Shown one piece after another: positions 63,989-64,000 of a stretch of DNA of 64,000 bases. Source of the stretch: Octopus sinensis (lineage: Eukaryota). The translations under genes were made by a program, and so were the position numbers. The notes beneath the pieces were generated by a model. The model was not told where the DNA came from and did not search any database. It was given only the letters and a program-made list of their open reading frames with translations. The stretch is from assembly GCF_006345805.1 (NCBI RefSeq), contig NW_021832268.1, positions 10,579 to 74,578 of the forward strand, given 5' to 3'. The first letter of the stretch is position 1, and each line of letters begins with the position of its first letter.

Positions 63989-64000
63989 GATATAGATTAT

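Overview
AT-rich, microsatellite-saturated eukaryotic DNA. From its SINE/LINE families it is most likely an octopus (coleoid cephalopod) genome; this taxon call is an inference from remembered repeat families. The window looks like giant-intron or intergenic sequence. It holds no complete gene and no rRNA, tRNA gene or CRISPR array. There is one credible spliceosomal exon (+, 42209-42398; product unrecognised). Nearly all listed six-frame ORFs are microsatellite read-throughs or SINE translations. Recognisable mobile-element remains include at least four tRNA-derived SINE families, R4/Dong-type LINE 3' ends sitting in (TAA)n arrays, CR1-group and L1/Tx1-like LINE pieces, Penelope-like pieces, Tc1/mariner and hAT remnants, and a Helentron-type non-autonomous element. 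The most striking signal not visible in the ORF track is a set of type I hammerhead-ribozyme (HHR) motifs in at least four unrelated short repeats: 5802-5893 +, 10767-10806 +, 17890-17924 -, 53927-54030 +, plus decayed copies. Three have a palindromic stem III and the fourth an inferred ancestral one, as described for Penelope-associated dimer-type HHRs. Two have unusually large stem II insertions, and several read C-C-G-A instead of C-U-G-A in the catalytic core. The window also has several long, near-perfect fold-back hairpins, a repeat with a covarying RNA stem, templated insertions inside a SINE, and microsatellite-bounded tandem duplications. Boundaries are hand-read and approximate unless given as exact motif coordinates.
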